Position numbers and translations under genes: made by a program
The notes under the pieces: model-generated
Seen by the model: only the letters and a program-made list of their open reading frames with translations
Database searches by the model: none
Told to the model about the DNA's origin: nothing
Part shown: one piece after another, positions 41,213 to 50,688 of the stretch
How the letters are laid out: each line of letters begins with the position of its first letter
How positions within the stretch are numbered: position 1 is the stretch's first letter
Origin: Candidatus Latescibacterota bacterium
Lineage (GTDB): Bacteria; Latescibacterota; UBA2968; UBA8231
Direction: 5' to 3'
Assembly (NCBI GenBank): GCA_965248355.1
Contig: OZ252098.1
Coordinates: 4,000,001 to 4,064,000, forward strand
Length of the DNA stretch: 64,000 nucleotides

Positions 41213-42702
41213 GAATCGCAGTCGCCGGCTTCTCCCACGAGTCGAACAGCTTCTCCGCTCAGCCCACCGTCCTCGACGACTTCGGCATCCAGAGGGGCCG
41301 GGAGATGCTGGCGCGGCACGCCGGCACCTACCACGAGATCGCCGGGTACGTGTCCGCCGCCGAGGATCTGGGGATGGAGCTGTGTCCGATCCTGTCGGCC
41401 TCGGCCACGCCCGCCGGCCCCGTCGCCCGCGGCGCCTACGAGGAGATCTGCGGCCGCATCCTGGCCGGCCTGCGGGACCTGGGCGCCGTCGACGGGGTCC
41501 TGCTCGCCCTCCACGGCGCCATGGTGGCCGAGGACCATCCCCACGGCGATGCCGAAGTCGTCCGCCGGGTGCGCGACCAGGTGGGCCCGGAGACGCCCCT
41601 CGTCGTCACCCACGACTACCACGCCAACGTGCCGCCCTCCCTCGTGGAGGCGGCCGACGCCATGGTGATCTACAAGACCAACCCCCACGTCGACCAGCGC
41701 GAGCGCGGCTGGGAGGCGGCGTCGATCCTGGCCCGCACCGTGCGCCGCGAGGTGAGGCCGGCCATGGCCCTGGCCAGGGCCCGGCTGGTGCTGAACATCA
41801 GCTTCCACAACACCAGCGCGCCGCCCATGGAGCCGCTCATGGCCCGCGCCATCGAGCTCGAGCAGCGGGAGGGGATCCTCTCCTGCTCCATCGCCGCCGG
41901 GTACCAGTACGCCGACGTGGAGTTCATGGGCCCCTCGGTGGTGGTCGTCGCCGACGGAGACCCGGACCGCGCCCGGACCGAGGCCGACGGCCTGGCCGCG
42001 GCCATGTGGGAGGCCCGCGGCCAGATGGTCCCGAGGCTGCCCGGGCCGGCCGAGGCGGTGCGGCAGGCCATGGCCGGACAGGAGCATCCCGTGACCCTCC
42101 TCGACGTGGGCGACAATGTCGGGGGCGGCTCCACGGGGGATTCGACCCTGATCCTGGAGCAGCTGCTGAGGCAGGGCGCCGACGGCTGGGTGGTGACCTT
42201 GTGGGACCCGGAGGCGGCGAGGGTCTGCGCCGCCGCGGGCATCGGCGCCGAGGTGGAGCTGGACGTGGGCGGCAAGACCGATGCCCAGCACGGGGACCCG
42301 CAGCGCCTGGCCGGTACCGTGCGCACCCTGTCCGACGGCCGCTACGAGGAGCGCGAGCGCCGGCACGGCGGCGGCCGCCGTCACCACCAGGGTCTCACGG
42401 CGGTCCTGCGCGTGCCCTGCGGCCAGGGGGCGGGCCTGCTCGTCCTCAACAGCAGCCGCCAGGTGCCGGTGAGCATCCACCAGATCACCAGCGTCGGCAT
42501 CGCGCCGGAGCAGCAGAAGATCCTGGTCGCCAAGGGGGCCGTCGCCCCCCGCGCCGCGTACGAGCCCGTGTCGCCGAGGCTCATCGTGGTCGACTCCGGG
42601 GGGGCCTGCTGGATCGGCCGCGGCCCCGGGGACTACCGGCGCGCCGACCGCGACAAGTACGAATGGAACCCGCAACCGAGAGAGACAGGAGGAAGGACAT
42701 GA
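41209..42702 (+). CDS. M81 (MlrC-like) metallopeptidase
   Basis: HESNSF, LALHGAM, DYHAN, PHVD, DNVGGG. Confidence 0.9.
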   Translation: MRIAVAGFSHESNSFSAQPTVLDDFGIQRGREMLARHAGTYHEIAGYVSAAEDLGMELCPILSASATPAGPVARGAYEEICGRILAGLRDLGAVDGVLLALHGAMVAEDHPHGDAEVVRRVRDQVGPETPLVVTHDYHANVPPSLVEAADAMVIYKTNPHVDQRERGWEAASILARTVRREVRPAMALARARLVLNISFHNTSAPPMEPLMARAIELEQREGILSCSIAAGYQYADVEFMGPSVVVVADGDPDRARTEADGLAAAMWEARGQMVPRLPGPAEAVRQAMAGQEHPVTLLDVGDNVGGGSTGDSTLILEQLLRQGADGWVVTLWDPEAARVCAAAGIGAEVELDVGGKTDAQHGDPQRLAGTVRTLSDGRYEERERRHGGGRRHHQGLTAVLRVPCGQGAGLLVLNSSRQVPVSIHQITSVGIAPEQQKILVAKGAVAPRAAYEPVSPRLIVVDSGGACWIGRGPGDYRRADRDKYEWNPQPRETGGRT

Positions 42703-43718
42703 GCTTGCGAATCGGTATCGTCGGCGCCGGCGCCAACACCCGGGAGCGGCACATCCCCGGATTCCAGGCGATCGACGGAGTGGAGGTGGTGGCGGTCTGC
42801 AACCGCTCCCGCGAGTCGGGGCAGCGGGCGGCCGACGAGTTCGGCATCCCCGCCGTCTACGAAGACTGGAAGGAGGTGGTTCACGCCGCCGACGTGGACG
42901 CCGTCTGCATCGGCACCTGGCCCTACCTGCACTGCGCCATCACCCTCGAGAGCCTGGCCGCCGGCAAGCACGTGCTCACCGAGGCGCGCATGGCCATGGA
43001 CCTTGCCGAGGCCCGGCGCATGCAGGCCGCGGCCCGGGCCTCCGACCGGGTGGCCATGATCGTGCCGGCGCCCTTCAACCTGGAGAGCGAGCCCACCCTG
43101 CTCGAGATGGTCGCCGCCGGCGTCTTCGGCGACTGGCTGGAGATCCACGTCACCGCCATGGCCGGCGGCTGGGACCCCGGCGCCCCCCTGCGCTGGCGGC
43201 AGCGGCGCGACCTGTCGGGCCACAACATCATGTCCATGGGCATCCTCAACGAGACGGTGAGGCGCTACGCCGGCCACGACCGCGCCGTCATGGCCCACGC
43301 CAGCGTCTTCACCACGGAGCGCACCGATCCGGAGAGCGGCACCCGGCGGCCGGCGGACGTGCCCGAGAGCCTCGGCATCCTCTCCGAGCTGGAGTGCGGC
43401 GCCACCGCCGTCTACCACGTCAGCAGCGTCGCCGCCCACGGCGGCACCTCCTTCGAGATGCACGGCACGAAGGGGTCCATCCGCCTCGAGGAGGACCAGG
43501 CTCTCGTGGCCGTGGACGACAGCGGCTACCGCAGGCTGGTGGTGGCGCCCGAGAAGCAGTGGGGCTGGAACGTGGAGGCCGACTTCGTCGACGCCGTCCG
43601 CGACGGCCGGCCGGTGACCCACACCAGCTTCGAGGACGGCGAGAAGTACATGGCCTTCACCGAGGCCGTGCAGGTGAGCCTGCGGGAGGGCCGCAAGGTC
43701 GAGCTGGCGAACCTGTAG
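42699..43718 (+). CDS. Gfo/Idh/MocA oxidoreductase
   Basis: RIGIVGAG, GKHVLTEARMA. Confidence 0.9.
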   Translation: MSLRIGIVGAGANTRERHIPGFQAIDGVEVVAVCNRSRESGQRAADEFGIPAVYEDWKEVVHAADVDAVCIGTWPYLHCAITLESLAAGKHVLTEARMAMDLAEARRMQAAARASDRVAMIVPAPFNLESEPTLLEMVAAGVFGDWLEIHVTAMAGGWDPGAPLRWRQRRDLSGHNIMSMGILNETVRRYAGHDRAVMAHASVFTTERTDPESGTRRPADVPESLGILSELECGATAVYHVSSVAAHGGTSFEMHGTKGSIRLEEDQALVAVDDSGYRRLVVAPEKQWGWNVEADFVDAVRDGRPVTHTSFEDGEKYMAFTEAVQVSLREGRKVELANL

Positions 43719-43815
43719 GCCGGCCTGCCGCCGGACGGGGGCGCGGGATCGACGAGGCGCCGGCGCCGGTGTCTCCATGACGCTGACGCGCCGGGTCTCG
43801 CGGCGAAGGGGAGGC

Positions 43816-45030
43816 TCAACTCTCCCGGAGGCCGTTGCAGAGCACGTGGAACAGGTCGTAGTTGCGCAGCTCGCCCCGCTCCAGCGCCTCGTCCGTGTCG
43901 CCGCGCAGGGGCCGGTTGACCACGAACGGTACCGTCGCCTCGTGCAGGCCGCCGTGGGAGCGCAGCCCCTCGGCCACGTGGGACAGGTCGTGCCAGTCCG
44001 GCGTCCGCCCGAGGACGGTCCCGCGGTCGGCCAGGACCACCAGGTCGCCGATGCGGTCGGGCGGCAGCTGGTAGAGGGCGGCCGCTTCCGCCCGGGTGTG
44101 GACGGCCTCTACCCCGGACACCCCCCGCAACACCCCTGACGCCCGGTCCAGGCTCCCGGCCTCCAGGTAGACCGTGGCGTACGAGCCCAGGGCCCCGTGG
44201 TGGACCACGTAGGGATCGGTGATCGGCAGGATGACCCGGGCCTCGGGCACGCCCGCCTCCTTCAGCAGGCTCTCGAGGTACTCCACCTTCGGCGAGCCGT
44301 CGGGCCGGGTCTTGGCGTTCATGCCGTGATCGGCGGTGACGGCGACCACGGCTCCGGCGCGGTGCAGGCGGCCGAGGACGGCATCCAGCCGGGCGTGGAA
44401 GGCCCGGGCCTCGGGATCGTCCGGCGCGAAGCGGTGCTGCACGAAGTCGGTGGTGGACAGGTAGGTGACGAGGGGACCGCCGCGCTCGAGCAGGCAGGCG
44501 CCGGCCTCCAGGCAGTACACGCTCGCTTCGGGGTCGTAGATCCCCGGGGCCGGTCGGCCCACCAGACCGGCCACGTCCTCGCCGGCCTTCTCCACCGAGA
44601 GCCGGATGCAGCGGCCGGGCAGCCCCTGCGACAGGAAGGCGAGGAGCTTGTCCTTGGCCGTCACCACGGCCACGTCGGCGCCGGCCCGGGCCAGGCCGGC
44701 CAGCACGGTGGGGCAGCGCAGCCAGCGGGGGTCGTTCATCATGACCTCCTCGCCCGAGTCCCGGTCGTAGTAGTAGTTGCCCGGGATCCCGTTCACGGCC
44801 GGCGGCGCGCCGGTGGCGATGGCGGCGTTGTTCGGATTCGTGAAGGAGGGCACCACGGTCCGCGCCGTGCCGCGGACCCCGTCGGCGGCCAGGCGCGCCA
44901 GCTCGGGCATGACGTCGGCCGCCGCCTCCAGGTACGCGGGGTCGCAGCCGTCGATGCAGACGCCGACGACCGGCTGGCGCGGCACCTCGTAGCAGCGGCC
45001 GTTGACGGTGATTCGCCCCGCCGCGGTCAA
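43816..45030 (-). CDS. phnA: Phosphonoacetate hydrolase
   Basis: ITVNGR, CIDGC, SFTNPNN, TTDFVQH, TADHGMN, LPITDPYVVHHGALG, RSHGG; TTG start overlapping upstream stop. Confidence 0.92.
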   Translation of the reverse strand: MTAAGRITVNGRCYEVPRQPVVGVCIDGCDPAYLEAAADVMPELARLAADGVRGTARTVVPSFTNPNNAAIATGAPPAVNGIPGNYYYDRDSGEEVMMNDPRWLRCPTVLAGLARAGADVAVVTAKDKLLAFLSQGLPGRCIRLSVEKAGEDVAGLVGRPAPGIYDPEASVYCLEAGACLLERGGPLVTYLSTTDFVQHRFAPDDPEARAFHARLDAVLGRLHRAGAVVAVTADHGMNAKTRPDGSPKVEYLESLLKEAGVPEARVILPITDPYVVHHGALGSYATVYLEAGSLDRASGVLRGVSGVEAVHTRAEAAALYQLPPDRIGDLVVLADRGTVLGRTPDWHDLSHVAEGLRSHGGLHEATVPFVVNRPLRGDTDEALERGELRNYDLFHVLCNGLRES

Positions 45031-46103
45031 GGACCTTCCAGCCCCGGGGCGACGGCGACCCGCAGCCAGCGCCGCTGCCGGCTCAGGGCGAGGCCTTCCT
45101 CCAGCTGGCGCAAGGGCAGCGTCGGGCCCACGAACGCCTCGAAGGGGTAGCGGCCGGCCGTGCGCCCGAGGAACTCGATCCCCGCCTCGAGGTGGCGCGG
45201 CGAGTAGTTGTGCACCCCCCGGAGGGTCAGGCACTTGAAGACGATGCGCTCCCCCGTGATCCCGGCCAGGTCCGAGTCGGGGTGGACCATGCCGGCCAGC
45301 ACGTAGGTGCCGCCGGTGCGCACCAGGTCCAGGCCCTCGGCCACGGCCGGCGCCTCTCCCGACATCTCCAGGACGCCGTCGACGCCGTCCGGCGCCGCCT
45401 TCAGCACCCGCTCCCGCCGCTCTCCCGGGTCCGAGGCCGGATCCAGTCCGACCGCTCCGAAGCGCTCGGCCAGGTCCCGCCGCGCCGGAAGGGGATCGCA
45501 GCAGAGCACGCGCACGCCGCGCTCGTCCAGCAGGGCGCAGGCGTAGACCCCGAGCAGGCCGGCCCCCTGCACGAGGGCGGTCGCCGCCCCTTCCGGCAGT
45601 TGCTCCACGGCGTTGACGGCGGTGGCCAGGGCGCAGTTGGCCGTCGCCGCCACCGCGTCGGGCAGCCCCTCCGGCACCGGCACGGCCCGCGTTCCCGGGC
45701 GCAGCAGCAGGTGCGTGGCGTAGGCGCCGTTGAGTCCGCAGCCGTCGTCGAGGTCGGCGTGGCCGTACTTGAACAGCCGCAGGCACTTCTCCGGCAGGCC
45801 GTGGCCCCGGCAGAACCGGCACTGCCCGCAGCTGTCGGCGATGGACCAGCTCACCCGCTCCCCCTCGCCCAGGCCGGCGCGCTCGCTGGCCACGACCCGG
45901 CCCACCCCCTCGTGGCCGAGCACGGCCGGCGTCGGCTGCCGCCTGCGGCCGCCGGTGGTGTGCAGGTCGGAGCCGCAGATCGTGGCCAGATCGACCGCGA
46001 GCAGGGCTTCACCTTCCTGCAAGCGCGCCGGCAGGGGGAGGCGCTCGTAGCGCAGGGGCTGTCCCGGGCCGTCGAAGACCTGGGCGAAGGCGTGGTCAGG
46101 CAC
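45027..46103 (-). CDS. Zinc-dependent alcohol dehydrogenase, phosphonate-catabolism-associated type
   Basis: CGSDLHT, GHE, C..C..C......C..LFKYGH, NCALAT, GVHNY; adjacent to phnA. Confidence 0.85.
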   Translation of the reverse strand: MPDHAFAQVFDGPGQPLRYERLPLPARLQEGEALLAVDLATICGSDLHTTGGRRRQPTPAVLGHEGVGRVVASERAGLGEGERVSWSIADSCGQCRFCRGHGLPEKCLRLFKYGHADLDDGCGLNGAYATHLLLRPGTRAVPVPEGLPDAVAATANCALATAVNAVEQLPEGAATALVQGAGLLGVYACALLDERGVRVLCCDPLPARRDLAERFGAVGLDPASDPGERRERVLKAAPDGVDGVLEMSGEAPAVAEGLDLVRTGGTYVLAGMVHPDSDLAGITGERIVFKCLTLRGVHNYSPRHLEAGIEFLGRTAGRYPFEAFVGPTLPLRQLEEGLALSRQRRWLRVAVAPGLEGP

Positions 46104-46123
46104 AGGGAGGAGGGACCCGCCGG

Positions 46124-46867
46124 TCAGCGGGGATTGCGGTAGTAGGCCTCCAGCGAGTCCTCGGGCTCGAACCCGAGGAGACGACGGGCCTTGGCGTTGG
46201 AGTACTTCCCGTGGGGCAGGTCGGCGACGACGAAGAACACCTCGTTGCGCGAGGGCAGCTTCGCCGTGTCGACTTCGAGGGCGCAGCGGATGGCCCGCGC
46301 CGCGTCGGCGAAGGTGACCGTGAAGGGGTTGAGGTCGCCGGCGCCGCCGCGTTCGGGATCGCTCGGATCGGCGGCCCGGAAGGAGAGGAAGAGCATGCAC
46401 ATGACGTGGATGGGGTGGTTCTCGCTGAAGAGGCGGCAGACCTCCTGGCCCGCCGCCTTGCTGAGGGCGTAGAGGTTGGTGCCCGAGTGGGCGGGCACTT
46501 CCTCGACAATGCCGAAGTCGAAGGCGTGATAGGGCTGGCCGGTGATGGTGAAGTGGGGCCCCGTGTTGATGAAGCGGTCGTGGCCGAGGTCGACGGCGGT
46601 GCGCACGGCGTTGTACGTGCCCAGGGTGTTCACGTCCCAGGCGATCTTGCGGTGGGGGCGCAGCACCGAGCAGTTGACGACAGCGTCGCACCCCGCCGCG
46701 GCGCGCCTCACCTGGCCCAGGTCGGCCACGTCCACGCGCATCGTCTCGTGGGGCGACCGGAGCGGCGGCTTGAGGTCGGTGATGCGCAGGTCGTAGCCGC
46801 GGGCCTCCAGCTCCGCCACCACCCACGGGCCCAGGAAGCCGTTGCCGCCGAGGAGACAGACCTTCAT
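46124..46867 (-). CDS. NAD-dependent epimerase/dehydratase
   Basis: GGNGFLG, YALSK. Confidence 0.85.
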   Translation of the reverse strand: MKVCLLGGNGFLGPWVVAELEARGYDLRITDLKPPLRSPHETMRVDVADLGQVRRAAAGCDAVVNCSVLRPHRKIAWDVNTLGTYNAVRTAVDLGHDRFINTGPHFTITGQPYHAFDFGIVEEVPAHSGTNLYALSKAAGQEVCRLFSENHPIHVMCMLFLSFRAADPSDPERGGAGDLNPFTVTFADAARAIRCALEVDTAKLPSRNEVFFVVADLPHGKYSNAKARRLLGFEPEDSLEAYYRNPR

Positions 46868-47544
46868 CCCGTCCTCCGTCGGCGCGGCCGGAAGGCGGGG
46901 TAGTTGCCGGAGCGGAAGCGGGCGCCCTCGAACTCCCCCTGCACGTGCAGCAGTCGGTAGCCCCCGGGGCCGGCCTGCACGGCGGAGGCCACGGCGGCGC
47001 CCGCCTCGCCCGGGTCCAAGGCCATGGGGTCGAGAGCGCCGCCGGCCCCGGCTTCCACCAGGTGCCCCAGGCGCACCACGGTGAGGGAGATCTGCTGCGT
47101 CTGGGCGAACTCGCGGGCCACGAACTCCCCGAGGCCGGGGGCCATCACCTCCGGCTCGGTGGTCGGGCGCGGCCGCCAGTCGGGCTGGACCCGCAGGTCC
47201 TCGTCGTACGCGGCGAAGAGGTCCAGCGTGCTCAGGTAGACGCAGTGCTCGACGCCGGCCGCCGCCGCGGCGGTGAGCAGGTTGTAGGTGCAGCGCGTGC
47301 AGGCGTCGATCCAGTCGGCGGCTTCGGCCCGGGCGCCGGAGGGACCGGGGATGTGGACCACGGCCTTCATCCCCCGCACCAGGGCGTCGGTGGCGGCCGT
47401 ATGGCCGAGGCGGGACTGCACGAAGTCGAGATCGGTCCGCAGGCGCCGGCGGTCGGAGAGCCGCAGGCGGTGCCTCCGGCGGCGCAGCTCGGCGGTGACG
47501 GCGCGGCCGAGACCGCTCCCGGCGCCGGTGACCAGGACCCTCAT
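46864..47544 (-). CDS. NAD-dependent epimerase/dehydratase-like protein
   Basis: VLVTGAGSGLG, TYNLL.AA; YxxxK not evident. Confidence 0.75.
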   Translation of the reverse strand: MRVLVTGAGSGLGRAVTAELRRRRHRLRLSDRRRLRTDLDFVQSRLGHTAATDALVRGMKAVVHIPGPSGARAEAADWIDACTRCTYNLLTAAAAAGVEHCVYLSTLDLFAAYDEDLRVQPDWRPRPTTEPEVMAPGLGEFVAREFAQTQQISLTVVRLGHLVEAGAGGALDPMALDPGEAGAAVASAVQAGPGGYRLLHVQGEFEGARFRSGNYPAFRPRRRRTG

Positions 47545-48377
47545 GACAGGCCCGCCTCGCGGAAGGCCCCGTCCAGGGTGCGGAAGGTGAGCTCGGCGGC
47601 GGCCAGCGGATCGTAGCCGGGGCGGCGCTGGACCATGACGCTCACCTCGGCGGTGATGTAGCCGTCGTACCCGGCGCGCTCCATCTCCCGCAGGTAGGCG
47701 GGAAAGTCGAAGGGCCCCTCGCCGGGGATCAGGAACTCGTGGCCGGGCGAGCGCCCCCGCTGGTCCTTGACGTGGGTGTGAACGGAGTGCGGCGCCAGGA
47801 CGGCCACGGTCTCCGCCGTGGGCAGGCCGAGAACCTCGAAGTGGCTGATGTCGAAGTTGAGCTTGAGAAAGTCCGAATCGACGCGTTGCAGGAGCCAGAC
47901 CGCCTTGTCGGGCAGGTCCAGGGCGGAGCCGACGTGGGGCTCGAGGGCGATGACGACCCCCGCCGAGGCCGCGTAGTCGACGAGCCGGCCCACGCGCTCG
48001 AGGATGAAGCCGCGCCGCGGCTCCCAGTCGTCCGGACGGCCGCCGAGGGTGGTGTCCAGGGCGGGGGGCGGCCCCCCGGCCGGCGCCCACTCGGCGCACA
48101 GGTCCACGGCCCCGGTGAGCCGCCGCCAGTTCTCCTCGTGCTCTCCGCCTTCGGCCAGCAGCGACCGGTGGCCGGCCACCGCCGGCATGTCGAGGCCGTG
48201 GTCGTCGAAGAGGGCGCGGATCCGCCGCCGCTCGGCGGCGTCGAGGCTGTCCAACTCGGTGGTGTAGCCGGGGATGACGGTGGGCTCGACGCCGGTGAAG
48301 CCGAGGCCGGCGAGGTGCTTCACGGCGTCGTCGACGGCCACGGCGGGCATGCCCCACGTGGAATAGCCGATCTGCAT
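47541..48377 (-). CDS. Sugar phosphate isomerase/epimerase (TIM barrel)
   Basis: ALEPH, NFDISH, HTHVKD, PGEG, TAE. Confidence 0.88.
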   Translation of the reverse strand: MQIGYSTWGMPAVAVDDAVKHLAGLGFTGVEPTVIPGYTTELDSLDAAERRRIRALFDDHGLDMPAVAGHRSLLAEGGEHEENWRRLTGAVDLCAEWAPAGGPPPALDTTLGGRPDDWEPRRGFILERVGRLVDYAASAGVVIALEPHVGSALDLPDKAVWLLQRVDSDFLKLNFDISHFEVLGLPTAETVAVLAPHSVHTHVKDQRGRSPGHEFLIPGEGPFDFPAYLREMERAGYDGYITAEVSVMVQRRPGYDPLAAAELTFRTLDGAFREAGLS

Positions 48378-48386
48378 GGGGGCGGC

Positions 48387-49868
48387 TTACACGACCTGCT
48401 GCTCGAAGTTGGAGGGCATCATGTCGTGGATGCCGGAGTCGCGCAGCGCCGTGGGCGACTGCATCTCCAGGACCGCCTTCTCGTGCAGCTCGTCGACGCT
48501 GCGGCAGCCGGCGGTGGCCAGCGTGGAGCGCAGGATCTGCAGGACCAGGGGCAGCTTGTCGAAGATCGAGCCGAGATGGGGCACGTGCCCGGTGATCCCC
48601 TCCTCGAAGAACAGGTCCTTCAACTGGGCGTAGCGCCGGTGGTTGCGGGCCTTGGCGCTGCCCTCCATCCAGTACTCCTTGACGATCTCGCCGGCGGCGT
48701 TGCGCATCAGGTTGCCGGCCGACTCGGTGTAGCGGGCGAAGAAGTTGCCCATCATGAGCGCGTTGGCTCCGAGGGCCAGGGCCACGGACATCTCCGCCGG
48801 GGAGGAGATGCCGCCGTCGGCGATGAGGGGCAGGTAGGCGCCCGTTGCGTCGGCGTGGCGGTCGCGGGCCGGGCAGATGCCGAGCAGGGCCGATCCCTGG
48901 CCCCGGCCGGTGGCCTTGACCTCCTGGGTCGTGCAGCCGGAGCCGATCCCCATGCCGACCTTCACCGCGTCGGCGCCGGTCTCGGCGAGAAACTCGAAGC
49001 CGCGGGCGGTGACCACGTTGCCGGCCACCACGGGGACCTCGCAGGTCGACTTGATCCACTCCACCATCTGGCGCTGGTAGTGGGTGTGGCCGTCGGAGGC
49101 GTCGACGACGAGGACGTCGACATCGTGCTCCACCAGGCAGTGGACGCGCTCGCGGTCCTCCGGGTGGGTGGAGACGGCGGCGCCCACGAGCAGGCGCTTC
49201 TTGGCGTCGATCGACTCGTTGGGATGCAGCAGGTGCTTGTCGAGGTCCCTCTTGAAGACGGCCGACTGCAGAATGCCGCCGGCGTCGACGATGGGCAGGA
49301 AGCCGCGGCCGAACTTGATCATGAGCTGGTTGGCTTCCTTCAGGTCGGAGATGTCGACGCCGTACTGGATGTCGGTGCGCATGCGCTCCCCGACGCTGAG
49401 GGCGTGATCGCGGCGGACGTCGAAGTCCTTGTCGGTGATCACGCCGAGAAGCTTGCCGTGGAACTCGCCCGAGTCGGTCACCGGGAAGGTGGAATAGCCC
49501 ATCTCCTCCATGATGCGGATCACGTCGGCGATGGCCTGGCGGGGCGAGAGGGTGGTGATGTTGGTCTGGAAGCCCGCCTTGAAGCGCTTCACGCGGCCGA
49601 TCTTCTCCGACTGCTGCTCGATCGTCTGGCTCACCGGCAGGATGCCGATGCCGCCGAGCTGGGCGATGGCGATGGCCATCTCGGTGCCCGTCACCGCCTG
49701 CATGGCGGCGGTCAGAAAGGGCGTGTGCAGGCGCAGGAAGTCGTCGCCCCGGCGGCACAGGCGGGTGGTGAGATCGATGTTGAGGGCGTTGCCGTCGGGG
49801 GGCGTGTACCCCGGCAGGATGCGGAACTCGCGGAGGCTGTGCGACGGTCGATCGAGAACCTTGCTCAT
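48387..49868 (-). CDS. guaB: IMP dehydrogenase with CBS domains
   Basis: [34 protein letters not shown]. Confidence 0.93.
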   Translation of the reverse strand: MSKVLDRPSHSLREFRILPGYTPPDGNALNIDLTTRLCRRGDDFLRLHTPFLTAAMQAVTGTEMAIAIAQLGGIGILPVSQTIEQQSEKIGRVKRFKAGFQTNITTLSPRQAIADVIRIMEEMGYSTFPVTDSGEFHGKLLGVITDKDFDVRRDHALSVGERMRTDIQYGVDISDLKEANQLMIKFGRGFLPIVDAGGILQSAVFKRDLDKHLLHPNESIDAKKRLLVGAAVSTHPEDRERVHCLVEHDVDVLVVDASDGHTHYQRQMVEWIKSTCEVPVVAGNVVTARGFEFLAETGADAVKVGMGIGSGCTTQEVKATGRGQGSALLGICPARDRHADATGAYLPLIADGGISSPAEMSVALALGANALMMGNFFARYTESAGNLMRNAAGEIVKEYWMEGSAKARNHRRYAQLKDLFFEEGITGHVPHLGSIFDKLPLVLQILRSTLATAGCRSVDELHEKAVLEMQSPTALRDSGIHDMMPSNFEQQVV

Positions 49869-50038
49869 GTTGGTTCGTCCTTGACCTTGACCTTGAACGC
49901 GAGACGGGCGCCGTGGCCCGGGGCCGTCGAATCTAGGCGGCGGCGCCCGTTTCCTCAATAGAAGGACGTGAGCGAGAATGGGGGGGAAGGCGTATCTTAG
50001 CGCGCTTGATTTCCCACCGGAACGACAGGAGGAGTGAC

Positions 50039-50290
50039 ATGCCCAACATTCGACCGCTCCGCTCCCGCGGCGGCGGCGCCCTGCCCGGCTTCCTGGTCGG
50101 CTGCCTGGCCATGCTGATTCTGGGGGCGGTCCTGGGTCTGCTGCTGGCGCCGCAGCGGGGCGAGGTCACCCGCCGCAGGATCCTGCGGCGCGCCGGCGCC
50201 GCCCGCGATGGCGTCATCGACAAGGTCGAGGACCTGATGGTCCACCGCAGCGAGGAGGTGGCCGGTGCCGACGAAGAAGCAGCTCGCTGA
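50039..50290 (+). CDS. YtxH-domain small membrane protein
   Basis: GAVLGLLLAPQRG..TR; AGGAGG RBS. Confidence 0.8.
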   Translation: MPNIRPLRSRGGGALPGFLVGCLAMLILGAVLGLLLAPQRGEVTRRRILRRAGAARDGVIDKVEDLMVHRSEEVAGADEEAAR

Positions 50291-50621
50291 CGGCCTGCGG
50301 GGCCGCCTCGCCGGCGTCGCCGAGCGCGGGCGCGTCCTCGGGCGGGTCCTGAGGGCGCGCGCCGACGTGGCCGCCGCCCGCCGCCGCCTGCGCGGCGCCT
50401 TCCGCGAGCTCGGCGAGGAGGTCTACGGCCGCCTCGGGGAGGGCCGCCTGGAGGGGGACCACGGTCTCCTGGTCCTCAAGGAGCGGATCGACGGCCTGCG
50501 CGGGGAGGTCCACGGCCGCGAGGAGGAGCTGCGCGGCGCCATGCAGGGCCCGCCGCCCCCGGCGCAGGATCCCGGCGCGGCTCCCGCCGCCGTCGACGGA
50601 GATCCGGAGCGCGGTCCGTGA
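50265..50621 (+). CDS. Hypothetical coiled-coil protein
   Basis: ELGEEVY motif, helical composition, GAGGAG RBS. Confidence 0.6.
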   Translation: MPTKKQLADGLRGRLAGVAERGRVLGRVLRARADVAAARRRLRGAFRELGEEVYGRLGEGRLEGDHGLLVLKERIDGLRGEVHGREEELRGAMQGPPPPAQDPGAAPAAVDGDPERGP

Positions 50622-50688
50622 CCCGCTTCCTCCTCGGCGTATTCGCCGGCCTCGTGGCGGGGATCCTGCTGTTCGGCCCGTCCGGGCC

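Noticed and set aside
41209..42702. Microcystin degradation pathway
   Set aside because: M81/MlrC homologs are widespread, and no mlrA/B/D is nearby.
49879..49896. (ccttga)x3 upstream of guaB
   Set aside because: Short microsatellite overlapping the RBS region, with no evidence of function.
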